Assembly: GCA_020697715.1 (NCBI GenBank)
Contig: JAEHCO010000002.1
Location: 96,001 to 160,000 of the forward strand
Direction: 5' to 3'
Source of the DNA: Methanobacteriota archaeon
Lineage (GTDB): Archaea; Thermoplasmatota; Thermoplasmata; SG8-5; JAGLSY01
DNA length: 64,000 nt
Position numbers and translations under genes: made by a program. The notes under the pieces were generated by a model. It worked only from the letters and a program-made list of their open reading frames with translations, was not told where the DNA came from and did no database searches. Of this stretch, positions 19,438-28,204 are shown in pieces (the stretch's first letter is position 1; every line of letters begins with the position of its first letter).

Positions 19438-20802
19438 ATGAACAAGGTGATAATCGTCGGAGCTGGAGATACTGGCCAAGCAGTGAAGCACAGAATTAGG
19501 AACTCCGTGCTTGTTGACGCAGACCCTGGCAAGGTCATCATGCTTAGCAGGGAGCATCCAGACTGGGAGATAATCGGTGGAGATGCCTCCGATCCCAATG
19601 TGCTGATAACTGCTGGCATAGAGGATGCGGAGTATCTATTGATAAGCACGAACAAGGATTATTTTGCCGTGAAGATCGCCATGACCGCGAAGAAGCTGGC
19701 TGATGAGATCAAGATAATATCCGTGCTTCATGACATAAAGAATTTCACAGACCTCCGAGAGGCTGGCATCGAACATCTCATATCTCCGATAAGTGAGACA
19801 ATAGATGCCATACTTGGGAAATTGATACCAGTGGGCGAGAATATCACCGAGATCGCTATAACACAACATTCCATCGCACTGGGCAAGAGCATTCTGGAGG
19901 TCAAGCTTCCACAGGACACGATCATAGGGGCTGTATTGAGAGGCCATCATCTTATCAGGCCGGAATCCACCACCATCCTCCAAAAGGGTGATGTGATATC
20001 CCTGGTAAGCTTGGGCCAGCTGGAAGCCGATGTGATAGATGCCATAAGTGGTGATCACAAAACAGTGGTGCCATTGGACAATTTCCTATGCCTTTTGAAG
20101 GATGAAGGTGACCTTATGATACTAGATGAGGTTCTACATCTGGCCTCTCGAAGTGTGGCCAAATGCAGGATCATTTTCCCGGATTCTCTTATTGGATCCA
20201 GAGAGGCCATCGAAAAGAAGGCCCAGGAACATGGCATAGATGTAGTTTGCGAATCCTATATGGGGAATATACTGGAAAAGTTCTCCAAGCTCGCACGTGA
20301 AATGGACCCTGCCTCAAATCCATTGATAATACTCCCTCAGAGAAAATTAAGTCTTCTAAAATACCACTTGCCAGCAAAATATATCGAGAACCTTGTGACG
20401 GAGGTCCCCTTCCCCTTCTACATTCCAAAATCCCGGCAGTATAAGAAGTTCGAACGTGTGCTTCATTTCATAACCGACAAGCATCATGATGGTCTGTGCG
20501 CGAGTTGTGCAGTTGGGATGGCCAGGGTCAATGATGTGCCAATAAAATCACTTGTCCTTCACAATCCGGAGAACACGTATGCGGAAGAGATCCTCATCCA
20601 CACAAAGAGGATAGCCAAGGTGTATGGCATCGAGGTGGAGGAAGAGGTCATCGAAGGAAATCCAACATTGGAATTCATCCAGGATGTTCGAAGCACTGCA
20701 AACCAATTGGTGATAATCAATTGGGAATGCACCATCATGAGACGGGACATCATGCGGAAGATCATGAATGAGGCCAATGCCAGTGTGCTGTTGATGAAGT
20801 AA
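19438..20802 (+). CDS. TrkA-N/TrkA-C (RCK) regulatory protein fused to USP-like domains
   Basis: IIVGAGDTG, GDASDPNVLITAGIEDA, TrkA-C (GKSILEVKLP...LQKGDVI), C-terminal USP-like EEVIEGNPT...ASVLLMK. Confidence 0.8.
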   Translation: MNKVIIVGAGDTGQAVKHRIRNSVLVDADPGKVIMLSREHPDWEIIGGDASDPNVLITAGIEDAEYLLISTNKDYFAVKIAMTAKKLADEIKIISVLHDIKNFTDLREAGIEHLISPISETIDAILGKLIPVGENITEIAITQHSIALGKSILEVKLPQDTIIGAVLRGHHLIRPESTTILQKGDVISLVSLGQLEADVIDAISGDHKTVVPLDNFLCLLKDEGDLMILDEVLHLASRSVAKCRIIFPDSLIGSREAIEKKAQEHGIDVVCESYMGNILEKFSKLAREMDPASNPLIILPQRKLSLLKYHLPAKYIENLVTEVPFPFYIPKSRQYKKFERVLHFITDKHHDGLCASCAVGMARVNDVPIKSLVLHNPENTYAEEILIHTKRIAKVYGIEVEEEVIEGNPTLEFIQDVRSTANQLVIINWECTIMRRDIMRKIMNEANASVLLMK

Positions 20803-20910
20803 ACAATCGGAGTAAAATCAGTTAAATGATCTAACTAATATTAATTAATTTAACGAATTTAACTCATAAAAACTTTTTATAGCTTATTGACCTATATATG
20901 TTCGATAAAC

Positions 20911-21591
20911 ATGACATCATCCTATCTCGATGACGACGATCAGGTCTTTTACGGTGGAGAGAGGTCCAGCGATACCTCAAGCACAGAGACAAGCAAGCCG
21001 GCAACTGGTTCCAGTTCTAACACTGACTCGAATTCCGGTTCTAGCTCAACCTCAGACAATCTGCTTGATCCTGATAAGAAAAGCGGCCCATCCGAGCAGG
21101 AATTGGAGAAGCAGATACAGGATTCCAGGCTTGAAAAAAGAAAGGTCGAGAGTGTTCACGACATTACCATTCTGAGACAAAGGGGCGCGGAGCAGAGCCA
21201 GCAGGCTGCCAAATACTACAAGAAATACCGAATTGAGGAAGCCGCCCAGGTCAAGCACGAGCAGATGGTCTTCAGGAACCGCAGGAAGTCCGAGAAATAC
21301 CTGGAGAAGGTGAAGGATGTGGAGGTCAAGATCGCGGACAAGGAAGCGGCCACTGCCTATCTCGAGGGTGCGAAGAAGGAAAGGGCTCACATCAAGGTCG
21401 CCAAGCTGAGAGGCAAGATAGCCAAACTGAAGGCAAAGAGCAGTAATGCGGATGCGATCGCGGCCAAGCACAGACAAAAAGCAGTTGCTAGGCAGAGAAA
21501 AGCTACGGAGCTTCTGGAAAAGAGCAAGATCCACGAAGCAGAAGCAAAGTCTTACAGCAACCGTGCGGACAAGCTTGAGAAGATCAGTTAA
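20911..21591 (+). CDS. Hypothetical protein: Ser/Thr-rich disordered N-terminus and Lys/Ala-rich coiled coil
   Basis: Long ORF with TATA upstream and heptad-like K/E/A composition. Confidence 0.7.
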   Translation: MTSSYLDDDDQVFYGGERSSDTSSTETSKPATGSSSNTDSNSGSSSTSDNLLDPDKKSGPSEQELEKQIQDSRLEKRKVESVHDITILRQRGAEQSQQAAKYYKKYRIEEAAQVKHEQMVFRNRRKSEKYLEKVKDVEVKIADKEAATAYLEGAKKERAHIKVAKLRGKIAKLKAKSSNADAIAAKHRQKAVARQRKATELLEKSKIHEAEAKSYSNRADKLEKIS

Positions 21592-21620
21592 TTATTATAA
21601 AGATTATCTGTGAAGATAAC

Positions 21621-21645
21621 TCTGGCCGTCTTTATCTCGGCCAGA
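21621..21645. terminator. Hairpin between convergent genes
   Basis: tctggccg-tctttatct-cggccaga. Confidence 0.4.
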
Positions 21646-21690
21646 TCCATATTATTATGTCTTATATTATATAATTAATATAGAATAAAC

Positions 21691-24309
21691 TCATTTCTTA
21701 CTTTTCTTCTTAGCCTTGTCTTTAGCCTTCTTCGCCTTATCCAGCTTGTCCTTTTCCTTGGAATAATATCTGGCTTCCAAGGTTTCCTTTATGCCCTGGG
21801 CGATGCCTTTTCCAATTCCTTTCACTTCCTGGAGGTCCTTGGCATCGGCGTCCATGATCGCCTGGGCACTTCCAAAGTGTGATAGAAGTCGCTGAGCGAG
21901 GATCGCGGATATATTGGGCAATCCTTCAATTATGAACTGCTGGCGTTCCTGAAGAAGCATGGTTCCCTTGTCGGATCGGAGGGCGGGTATCCGGCCTTCG
22001 GCATGCTCGCGCTTGGCGATCGTCCCAACAAGTTCCGCTGTCTCGGCCGCATCCTTCACGGTCATCACCGTTACTCCGAAATCCACGGTGATGGAGGCTA
22101 TCGCTCCCATGATCGCTTGCTTACCCAGTCCGCTTCGGGAATAGAGGTTCTCGCCCTCGATTATCATCAATGGGCTTGGGAAGGTGCGCTTGAGTGCGCG
22201 GATCTGCTGGAAAAGGCGGCCGTCCTTCATGGAATGTATGAGATCGTCCACTTCTTTTCTCTCGATCCCGACACGATCCGAAACAATGTAATCTCCAACA
22301 TCCAGTGTCTTGGAATCCACGATGAAGCCCGCCATGGAAAGTTGGCGAACGACGGATGAATTGAATTCTCTTGTATCGACGATGATCCTCACTTGCTCAT
22401 CGTCGTCTGATGGTTCGTAAATATCAATGGAAATTGGCTTTTTCTCGTCCACTATATCGGGAGTAGCTGGCTTCTCGTGATGGATGGCCAGTTCTTCGTC
22501 GGGAGCCGGGATTCCCGAGGCCTTTACATCGGCCTCGGTCTTGTTCTTTTTCTCGGCCTTTTTTTCTTCCTTAACTACTGGCTCAGCTTTCGGGTCAGGC
22601 TTGGTTTGGGGTTTAGCTATGGGTTTGGCTTTGACTTGAGACTTGCCAGCTCCCTCAAAGTCCATAAGCGACCTTTGAGGTTTGCCATTTCCCAATTCCT
22701 CCTCGGCCTCATATCGCCCATGACCTGAAGTCCCTGGGCTTTCAAAATTATCAATGCGGGATTCTCCCACCCACAATACGCCCTTCAATTCCCTTCTGAG
22801 CTTGTCCAGTTCCTTCTGCATTCTCGATTCCTTGTGCTTGCTGGACCAGAAATATGACTCATCTCTCGTTCCTTTGTAGATGAGGATGAAGACCTTGCCC
22901 GATCTCTGACGACCTGTTCTTCCACGCCGCTGGATAGTTCGGATCTCTGAAGGTACTGGCTCATAGAATATGACCAGGTCAGTAGCCGGAATATCAAGCC
23001 CTTCCTCGGCGACCGATGTCGCCACCAGGACATTTATCTCCCCCTCCTTGAACCTGTCAATAAGTTCCACCTGTTTCTTCTGATTAAGCCCCTTGTCCTC
23101 GCCTTTGCTGGCCTGCCCAACGAACCTGGCAGGTCTTATGCCATCCAATTTTTCCAGCATCTCGACAACCTGCTCAGAGGTCTCTCTATAATGGGTGAAT
23201 ACGATGATCTTGGAATGTTTGTGAGCTCTCAATTGCTGCTGGACTATCTCCGAAACCTTATCGAGCTTGGGATTGACCATCTTGTCCTCTTCGATCATCT
23301 TGGACTCGTGCATGGCCAGCTGGAATTTTGGAAGGCTGATCGTGGTCTTCGAGGCCTTTGACGACCCCTTGGAGCGCGCCTCCGATGTTAATTTTTCAAA
23401 GTATGATCTAACTGCCCCAAGACCCTGGGTCTCCGCCATCTCCTGGGCGTGGTTCAGCTTCATGATGACAGCGACCTTGCTGGATGCCTCGAACATGCCT
23501 GGATCCTCCGAGCCTCTGTTTATTGCGGCTCGGACCTCCCGGTTGGTTGCCAGCAGATCCTTGGTGGATGCGTACTTGCTGTCCTTCATATAACCCAATT
23601 TCTGAAGGTCAGCCAGTTGTTCTTTTTTCGCCTCCTTCAGGAAATCAAGTATCTTCTTCATCTCCTTTGGAACTTTAACCTCTTTCCAGAATATCTTCAC
23701 GTCATGGACGTACTTTACAACATCTGGATCATAATCATGACGTATCTCCACGCCTTCGATGCCCAGGTTGTCGCAGACCTCCAGTATCTTTTCTTTACTG
23801 GATCCTGGTGACGCGGTCATGCCGAGAATATGCCTATCTTTCACCCTGGCATATTTCTCCGCAATGAAGACATAGGCATAGTCTCCTGTGGCGCGATGGG
23901 CCTCGTCGAAGATTATAAGAGAAACATCATTGAGATCTATCTGGCCAGATATCAGATCATTGGATATCACCTGAGGGGTGGCGCATATTATCTGGCTACT
24001 GCCCCAGAGCTTCTTTCTTTTGGCTGGTGGCATCTCGCCCGTCAGCACGATCGGCTCATCGGATACAAGGAATTTCTTGATAGAGCTGGCATGTTGTTCG
24101 ACCAGCGGCTTCGTTGGAGCCAGAAAAAGAATATTGCCCTTCTTGGTTCGAAGAGTTTCAGCCATGAGCATCAGGGCGATGATGGTCTTACCAACACCTG
24201 TAGGCAGTACCACCAGTGTCGAACGCTGGATAGCGGAGGCTGATATCACCTCCTGGTATAACCTACGCTCGATGGTATCTTCAACTATCATCTGATGCTT
24301 GACGTACAC
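21691..24309 (-). CDS. hef: Hef: FANCM-like DEAH helicase fused to an ERCC4/XPF nuclease and HhH domain
   Basis: RLYQ, PTGVGKT, DEAHRA, TASPG, QRRGRTGR, then VDTRE, GDY, ERKEVDD and HhH GIGKG. GTG start gives MYVKHQMI. Confidence 0.95.
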   Translation of the reverse strand: MYVKHQMIVEDTIERRLYQEVISASAIQRSTLVVLPTGVGKTIIALMLMAETLRTKKGNILFLAPTKPLVEQHASSIKKFLVSDEPIVLTGEMPPAKRKKLWGSSQIICATPQVISNDLISGQIDLNDVSLIIFDEAHRATGDYAYVFIAEKYARVKDRHILGMTASPGSSKEKILEVCDNLGIEGVEIRHDYDPDVVKYVHDVKIFWKEVKVPKEMKKILDFLKEAKKEQLADLQKLGYMKDSKYASTKDLLATNREVRAAINRGSEDPGMFEASSKVAVIMKLNHAQEMAETQGLGAVRSYFEKLTSEARSKGSSKASKTTISLPKFQLAMHESKMIEEDKMVNPKLDKVSEIVQQQLRAHKHSKIIVFTHYRETSEQVVEMLEKLDGIRPARFVGQASKGEDKGLNQKKQVELIDRFKEGEINVLVATSVAEEGLDIPATDLVIFYEPVPSEIRTIQRRGRTGRQRSGKVFILIYKGTRDESYFWSSKHKESRMQKELDKLRRELKGVLWVGESRIDNFESPGTSGHGRYEAEEELGNGKPQRSLMDFEGAGKSQVKAKPIAKPQTKPDPKAEPVVKEEKKAEKKNKTEADVKASGIPAPDEELAIHHEKPATPDIVDEKKPISIDIYEPSDDDEQVRIIVDTREFNSSVVRQLSMAGFIVDSKTLDVGDYIVSDRVGIERKEVDDLIHSMKDGRLFQQIRALKRTFPSPLMIIEGENLYSRSGLGKQAIMGAIASITVDFGVTVMTVKDAAETAELVGTIAKREHAEGRIPALRSDKGTMLLQERQQFIIEGLPNISAILAQRLLSHFGSAQAIMDADAKDLQEVKGIGKGIAQGIKETLEARYYSKEKDKLDKAKKAKDKAKKKSKK

Positions 24310-24409
24310 GAATGTAAATCCGCCTGGGCATATATAAAGCATATAGGGGGGTGGGCGAAGGTACTCGCCACCAGTCTAATCAAACCGTGAGTATTCCATA
24401 GGGTGGTCA

Positions 24410-24934
24410 TCATCCGATCTTCGTCCAGGTGTCTATAAGATTATCAAGAGTCTCATCCGCTATACCGGACCTATAGGTCATAAGCACCTGGCTCATGCGT
24501 TCTTCATCAACTATTCTGAAAATGCTCTCCCTTTCCCTCTTTGCCTTCTGGATTATCGACGACTTCAGAAGTCTCTTCAGGTGGAATGAGAGCGCGCCCT
24601 TTGTAAAATTGAACTGGGCCAGTATCTCCTTGAAACTGGAATCCGGATTGAGCATTAGGAAAATGATAATTCGTCTCGGGGTCTTCAATCGCACGATGGA
24701 AATTATCTCCCTGTCAATAAGTTGTACCTGCTCAGTAGCGAAATAATTCTTCCTGTGGCCGTCATCATGCGTGGTGATAAGCCCGCCTTTTTCCAGCTGG
24801 CCAAGATGATATTGGAGGTCTCCGATGGAAAGCTCTAATGCACTTTCCATCTCCCTGATATACGTACCGGGAATGTCGCGAATATGCTCGTATATCAGTC
24901 TTCTTCGGGATAAAGCCAGCAGGTCTTCTTCCAT
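24410..24934 (-). CDS. Double winged helix-turn-helix transcriptional regulator
   Basis: RRLIYEHIRDIPG...LQYHLGQLEKGGLI and a second wHTH ...LSFHLKRLLKSSII. Confidence 0.85.
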   Translation of the reverse strand: MEEDLLALSRRRLIYEHIRDIPGTYIREMESALELSIGDLQYHLGQLEKGGLITTHDDGHRKNYFATEQVQLIDREIISIVRLKTPRRIIIFLMLNPDSSFKEILAQFNFTKGALSFHLKRLLKSSIIQKAKRERESIFRIVDEERMSQVLMTYRSGIADETLDNLIDTWTKIG

Positions 24935-24942
24935 CTATCCAC

Positions 24943-25209
24943 CTATCTCTTGATTATCGAAAGGTATAGAAAAATCATGGCTACAAAGTTCATGCCCACA
25001 AGGAATGCGATGTTTACCATTCCTTCAATATCATCAGAGAATACACCTACTGCCAGTATCAAGCCTTCGACCATGAATATGCCGAAGCCGATGGCCGCAA
25101 AAGATATCTTCATCTCCCTGGTCTTTATCATGGAACCAAGGGTCAATACGAACATTATCGCCCCCAGTCCAAGGAATGCCAGTCTTAGAAATACTTCCAG
25201 TTCATTCAT
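24943..25209 (-). CDS. Small three-TM membrane protein co-transcribed with the wHTH regulator
   Basis: Three hydrophobic helices. Start MNELEV follows GAGGGA. Confidence 0.75.
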   Translation of the reverse strand: MNELEVFLRLAFLGLGAIMFVLTLGSMIKTREMKISFAAIGFGIFMVEGLILAVGVFSDDIEGMVNIAFLVGMNFVAMIFLYLSIIKR

Positions 25210-25270
25210 TCTTTCCCTCTCTAATGCATATAGGATTTCGACTATTTGAATTGTATATAAAGATAAAGGG

Positions 25271-25297
25271 TCCGCATGTGCGATCATCACATGCGGA
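25271..25297 (-). terminator. 10-bp perfect hairpin followed by a pyrimidine tract on the minus strand
   Basis: tccgcatgtg-cgatcat-cacatgcgga, then ccctttatcttt. Confidence 0.5.
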
Positions 25298-25360
25298 ATT
25301 CATGTCCACCCCAATGGTGTTGTATGGTGTGGTGGTATGTGATGGGATGTGTAGGCAGGA

Positions 25361-26938
25361 TCAGAACTCTTCCTTGCCCTTCTTATTGCGCATCACGACA
25401 AGCATCACTGCTAGAGTGATGAAGGTGATCGCCAATATGCCTGGCATCAATATGCTTGGACTTGACAATTCAGATGCGATGCTCTGAACAGATATCGTGT
25501 GTGTGGAGAAATGCGGCACATAGACGAATATTATGCTCTGATCTTCTCCAGATAGTAGGAAATAACCTGCTTCAGTTCCACCGACCAGTTCGGCCAGGTC
25601 TTCGATCGAATCATAGGCCTCTATCTCGTCATCATAATCCAATAGTACCTGGATATCCTCCGATGTGGCATCGTCCAGTACGTCATTGTCCAGATTTATG
25701 GATACTATACGACCCTCTTCTATCTTTGATTCCACCTCTACTACGAAGCTACCATCATCAATATCGATGAAGTCCATTCTAAATGAAGGATCATTGTAGG
25801 TATTGGTATCTGTGAATTCCTCTCCCATTTCATCAACAAATAGGGAGCCAACAGCAGCCAGCAACCCTTCCTCTATCATGGAATCCATATCGATGTCCAA
25901 ATCATCATAATAAAGGCCATCATCCATCCCCCAGTCGTACATTGGGTCATAATAGTATGGCTCCTCTATCATTGCGGATATGCCCACACTGCCACCTTCT
26001 GTTATTTCCAGGGTTATGGTATTGCCGTCAATGGTTGCCTCACCATTCTCTATCCAGATGGAGCAGGTCACATCATCATTCGTTATATAGACCTCGTCCC
26101 ACTGCCACATACTCATGTAGGGGTCGTAGTACATGTCATCAGTAGAAACACTCACATCATCGCTTGGATAATAATCCGTACTGGCATCAGAATTTGCATA
26201 ATCTTCATCCACTGCCCATGTAGGAGCGATTGGATCCTCTATGCCCATTTCGCCTTCTGTATATTCTTCCTCTACGATCTCCCAGTATTCCATATCATCC
26301 AGCTCGTACATATCATACCAGTACGGCTGTTCGCTTATCTCGAAGCCATCGGCCACATTCAGAACAATGGTCTGATTGTCTTCCCCGACCATGAATGATG
26401 TCATTGACCATTCATAGTCCATGAAGGTCATTATGACATTCTCGCCCAGGAAAGTGAGGGTGTCTCCAAAAGTAGCAGGGTGTCCATTCGGTACGAAGTC
26501 CTCGAATTCCATGGAATCAAAGAATTTGACCACAAACTCCTCTGGCTCTGGCATAACAGGATAATCTTCACCCGGGAATATGATATCATCTTCCTCATCC
26601 TCGTATTTGAGATCGTATTCGTATACCGGATAGTAATAGTCATATCTGACCATCGTCACGGTGTAATCTGTTACCGTGCCAGTGGTCTCATCCAGCTCGA
26701 GATCCACATGGGTTCCATCGGCAGTTCCATTGGAATAATCAAAGCCATAATCCGGCCACCAGTAGGCCATATCTACCCATGGTTCGGGTATTGGTTCAAC
26801 AGCCACTCCCACATCTCCTCCAGATGAATCAGAGGTTGCGGTATCCTGGGCATATACGCCAATAGGAACTGCGGTCAACATTACAAGCACGATCATAAAT
26901 GAGATCAATTGTTTTATTTTCATATTATCACTGTTCAT
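25361..26938 (-). CDS. Acidic secreted, membrane-anchored surface protein
   Basis: Signal peptide, D/E/Y-rich body, YVPHFSTHTI motif, C-terminal TM and basic tail. Confidence 0.8.
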   Translation of the reverse strand: MNSDNMKIKQLISFMIVLVMLTAVPIGVYAQDTATSDSSGGDVGVAVEPIPEPWVDMAYWWPDYGFDYSNGTADGTHVDLELDETTGTVTDYTVTMVRYDYYYPVYEYDLKYEDEEDDIIFPGEDYPVMPEPEEFVVKFFDSMEFEDFVPNGHPATFGDTLTFLGENVIMTFMDYEWSMTSFMVGEDNQTIVLNVADGFEISEQPYWYDMYELDDMEYWEIVEEEYTEGEMGIEDPIAPTWAVDEDYANSDASTDYYPSDDVSVSTDDMYYDPYMSMWQWDEVYITNDDVTCSIWIENGEATIDGNTITLEITEGGSVGISAMIEEPYYYDPMYDWGMDDGLYYDDLDIDMDSMIEEGLLAAVGSLFVDEMGEEFTDTNTYNDPSFRMDFIDIDDGSFVVEVESKIEEGRIVSINLDNDVLDDATSEDIQVLLDYDDEIEAYDSIEDLAELVGGTEAGYFLLSGEDQSIIFVYVPHFSTHTISVQSIASELSSPSILMPGILAITFITLAVMLVVMRNKKGKEEF

Positions 26939-26969
26939 ATCATTCCCCTCGCTATTTATAGGTGTTTTG

Positions 26970-27005
26970 ATACAAGTGTTGAACAGACTCATACAAACGT
27001 TGAAC
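26970..27005. promoter_or_regulatory. Two 15-bp direct repeats upstream of a TATA box
   Basis: atacaagtgttgaac (26970) and atacaaacgttgaac (26991), 21-bp spacing. Minus-strand TATAAATA at 26960-26953. Confidence 0.5.
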
Positions 27006-27061
27006 TAATAATATGATATATTGAATTGATCTATAAATGAATGGTCTATCAGCTGGCCAAA

Positions 27062-28096
27062 CTACATGGCCTGGAAGGGCAGGTCACCCAGTGCCATCAA
27101 TACACCGATGATTATCACCAGGGTGTAGAAAAAGAAGGCGAATAGAGCAGACTGGCCATGCAATGCCAGTGTCCTTCTCTTGATATAGCCTGTTGCGAAC
27201 ACGACACCGAACACTATCATCATTATCAAGGACAATAGTCCATGTATCGAATAGAAGATGTCACCACGATCTATCCAGGTCGTGTATGCCCAATAAATGA
27301 AGGTGAAGATCAGCACCACTTTGAAGAACATGGATAGTATCTTGTGGAATCTCCAATTGACAAAGTCTGGAAGCCCATCCCACGCATCGCTCTTGCCTTC
27401 TATTTTGTAGCCAGATACCACCATCAATCCGCATAGCATGTATCCGATAGAAAGTAGATATGCGTGGATGGTCCATTCACCCAGAGGAGTGATACGCGCA
27501 TCATCACTCCATCCCCTGCTCTCCCAGTATCCTTCATAATCATAGCCAATGATCTCTATCTCGGTTATCCATTTCACCCATTTGTAACCATAATGACCAG
27601 GCACGACGATCTTGAGAGGAAAGCCCTGGTTCGGCGGCAGGGGTTCGCCATTCATTTCGTAGCAGAGTAGCACATCATCCGCTCTGGCTTCCGTCATGTT
27701 CAATGAGGATGAATAACCATCTGCGGCCCAAAAGATTATATCTTGGGCATTTTCATTTGCTCCGGCCAGATCAAGGATATGGCTTAAAGAAACACCTTTC
27801 CAGGCCGCACGATCCGATGGGCCAGATACGCATTTCAGAGTTGAATCCAATGAAATGCTTGGCATCGCGATTATCTCATCATACTCCAGTTCCAGAGGGT
27901 GAGTGACCAGTCCATCCACCTTGAGCTTGTAATTATCCATGTCGAAGATGGGGGTGTCGCCTATCTGCATGACGAAAAATTCGTCATTGGGTGTTATCTT
28001 ATTATCATTCACCGTGACAGAAAAAACTGAGGCTAATGGCAAGCTCAAAACTAGTACCACCACTATCAGAAGCATCAGGGATCTGTCCAATCTCAT
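27062..28096 (-). CDS. Sulfite-oxidase-family molybdopterin oxidoreductase fused to a 4-TM His-containing (cytochrome b-like) domain
   Basis: TPNDEFFV, LKCVSG (Mo-ligating Cys), WKGV.L, ADGYSSSL, MNGEPLP..QGFPL, PGHYGYKWVKW, GYWESRGW. Four TM helices each carry a His. Confidence 0.85.
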   Translation of the reverse strand: MRLDRSLMLLIVVVLVLSLPLASVFSVTVNDNKITPNDEFFVMQIGDTPIFDMDNYKLKVDGLVTHPLELEYDEIIAMPSISLDSTLKCVSGPSDRAAWKGVSLSHILDLAGANENAQDIIFWAADGYSSSLNMTEARADDVLLCYEMNGEPLPPNQGFPLKIVVPGHYGYKWVKWITEIEIIGYDYEGYWESRGWSDDARITPLGEWTIHAYLLSIGYMLCGLMVVSGYKIEGKSDAWDGLPDFVNWRFHKILSMFFKVVLIFTFIYWAYTTWIDRGDIFYSIHGLLSLIMMIVFGVVFATGYIKRRTLALHGQSALFAFFFYTLVIIIGVLMALGDLPFQAM

Positions 28097-28137
28097 ATAT
28101 TGACTATAGAATTATCCGATATTAAATAATTATAACC

Positions 28138-28167
28138 TATTTCGATATATTTTGATATATTTCGATA
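28138..28167. promoter_or_regulatory. Three tandem 10-bp repeats in a divergent promoter
   Basis: tatttcgata tattttgata tatttcgata. Confidence 0.5.
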
Positions 28168-28204
28168 AGATTAATATTAAATCCTTGTTAACTTACCCCT
28201 GCAT

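Noticed and set aside
22380-22760. Intein or insertion in hef
   Set aside because: It is a Lys/Glu/Pro-rich disordered linker between helicase and nuclease, typical of Hef. No C...HN splice motifs or LAGLIDADG.
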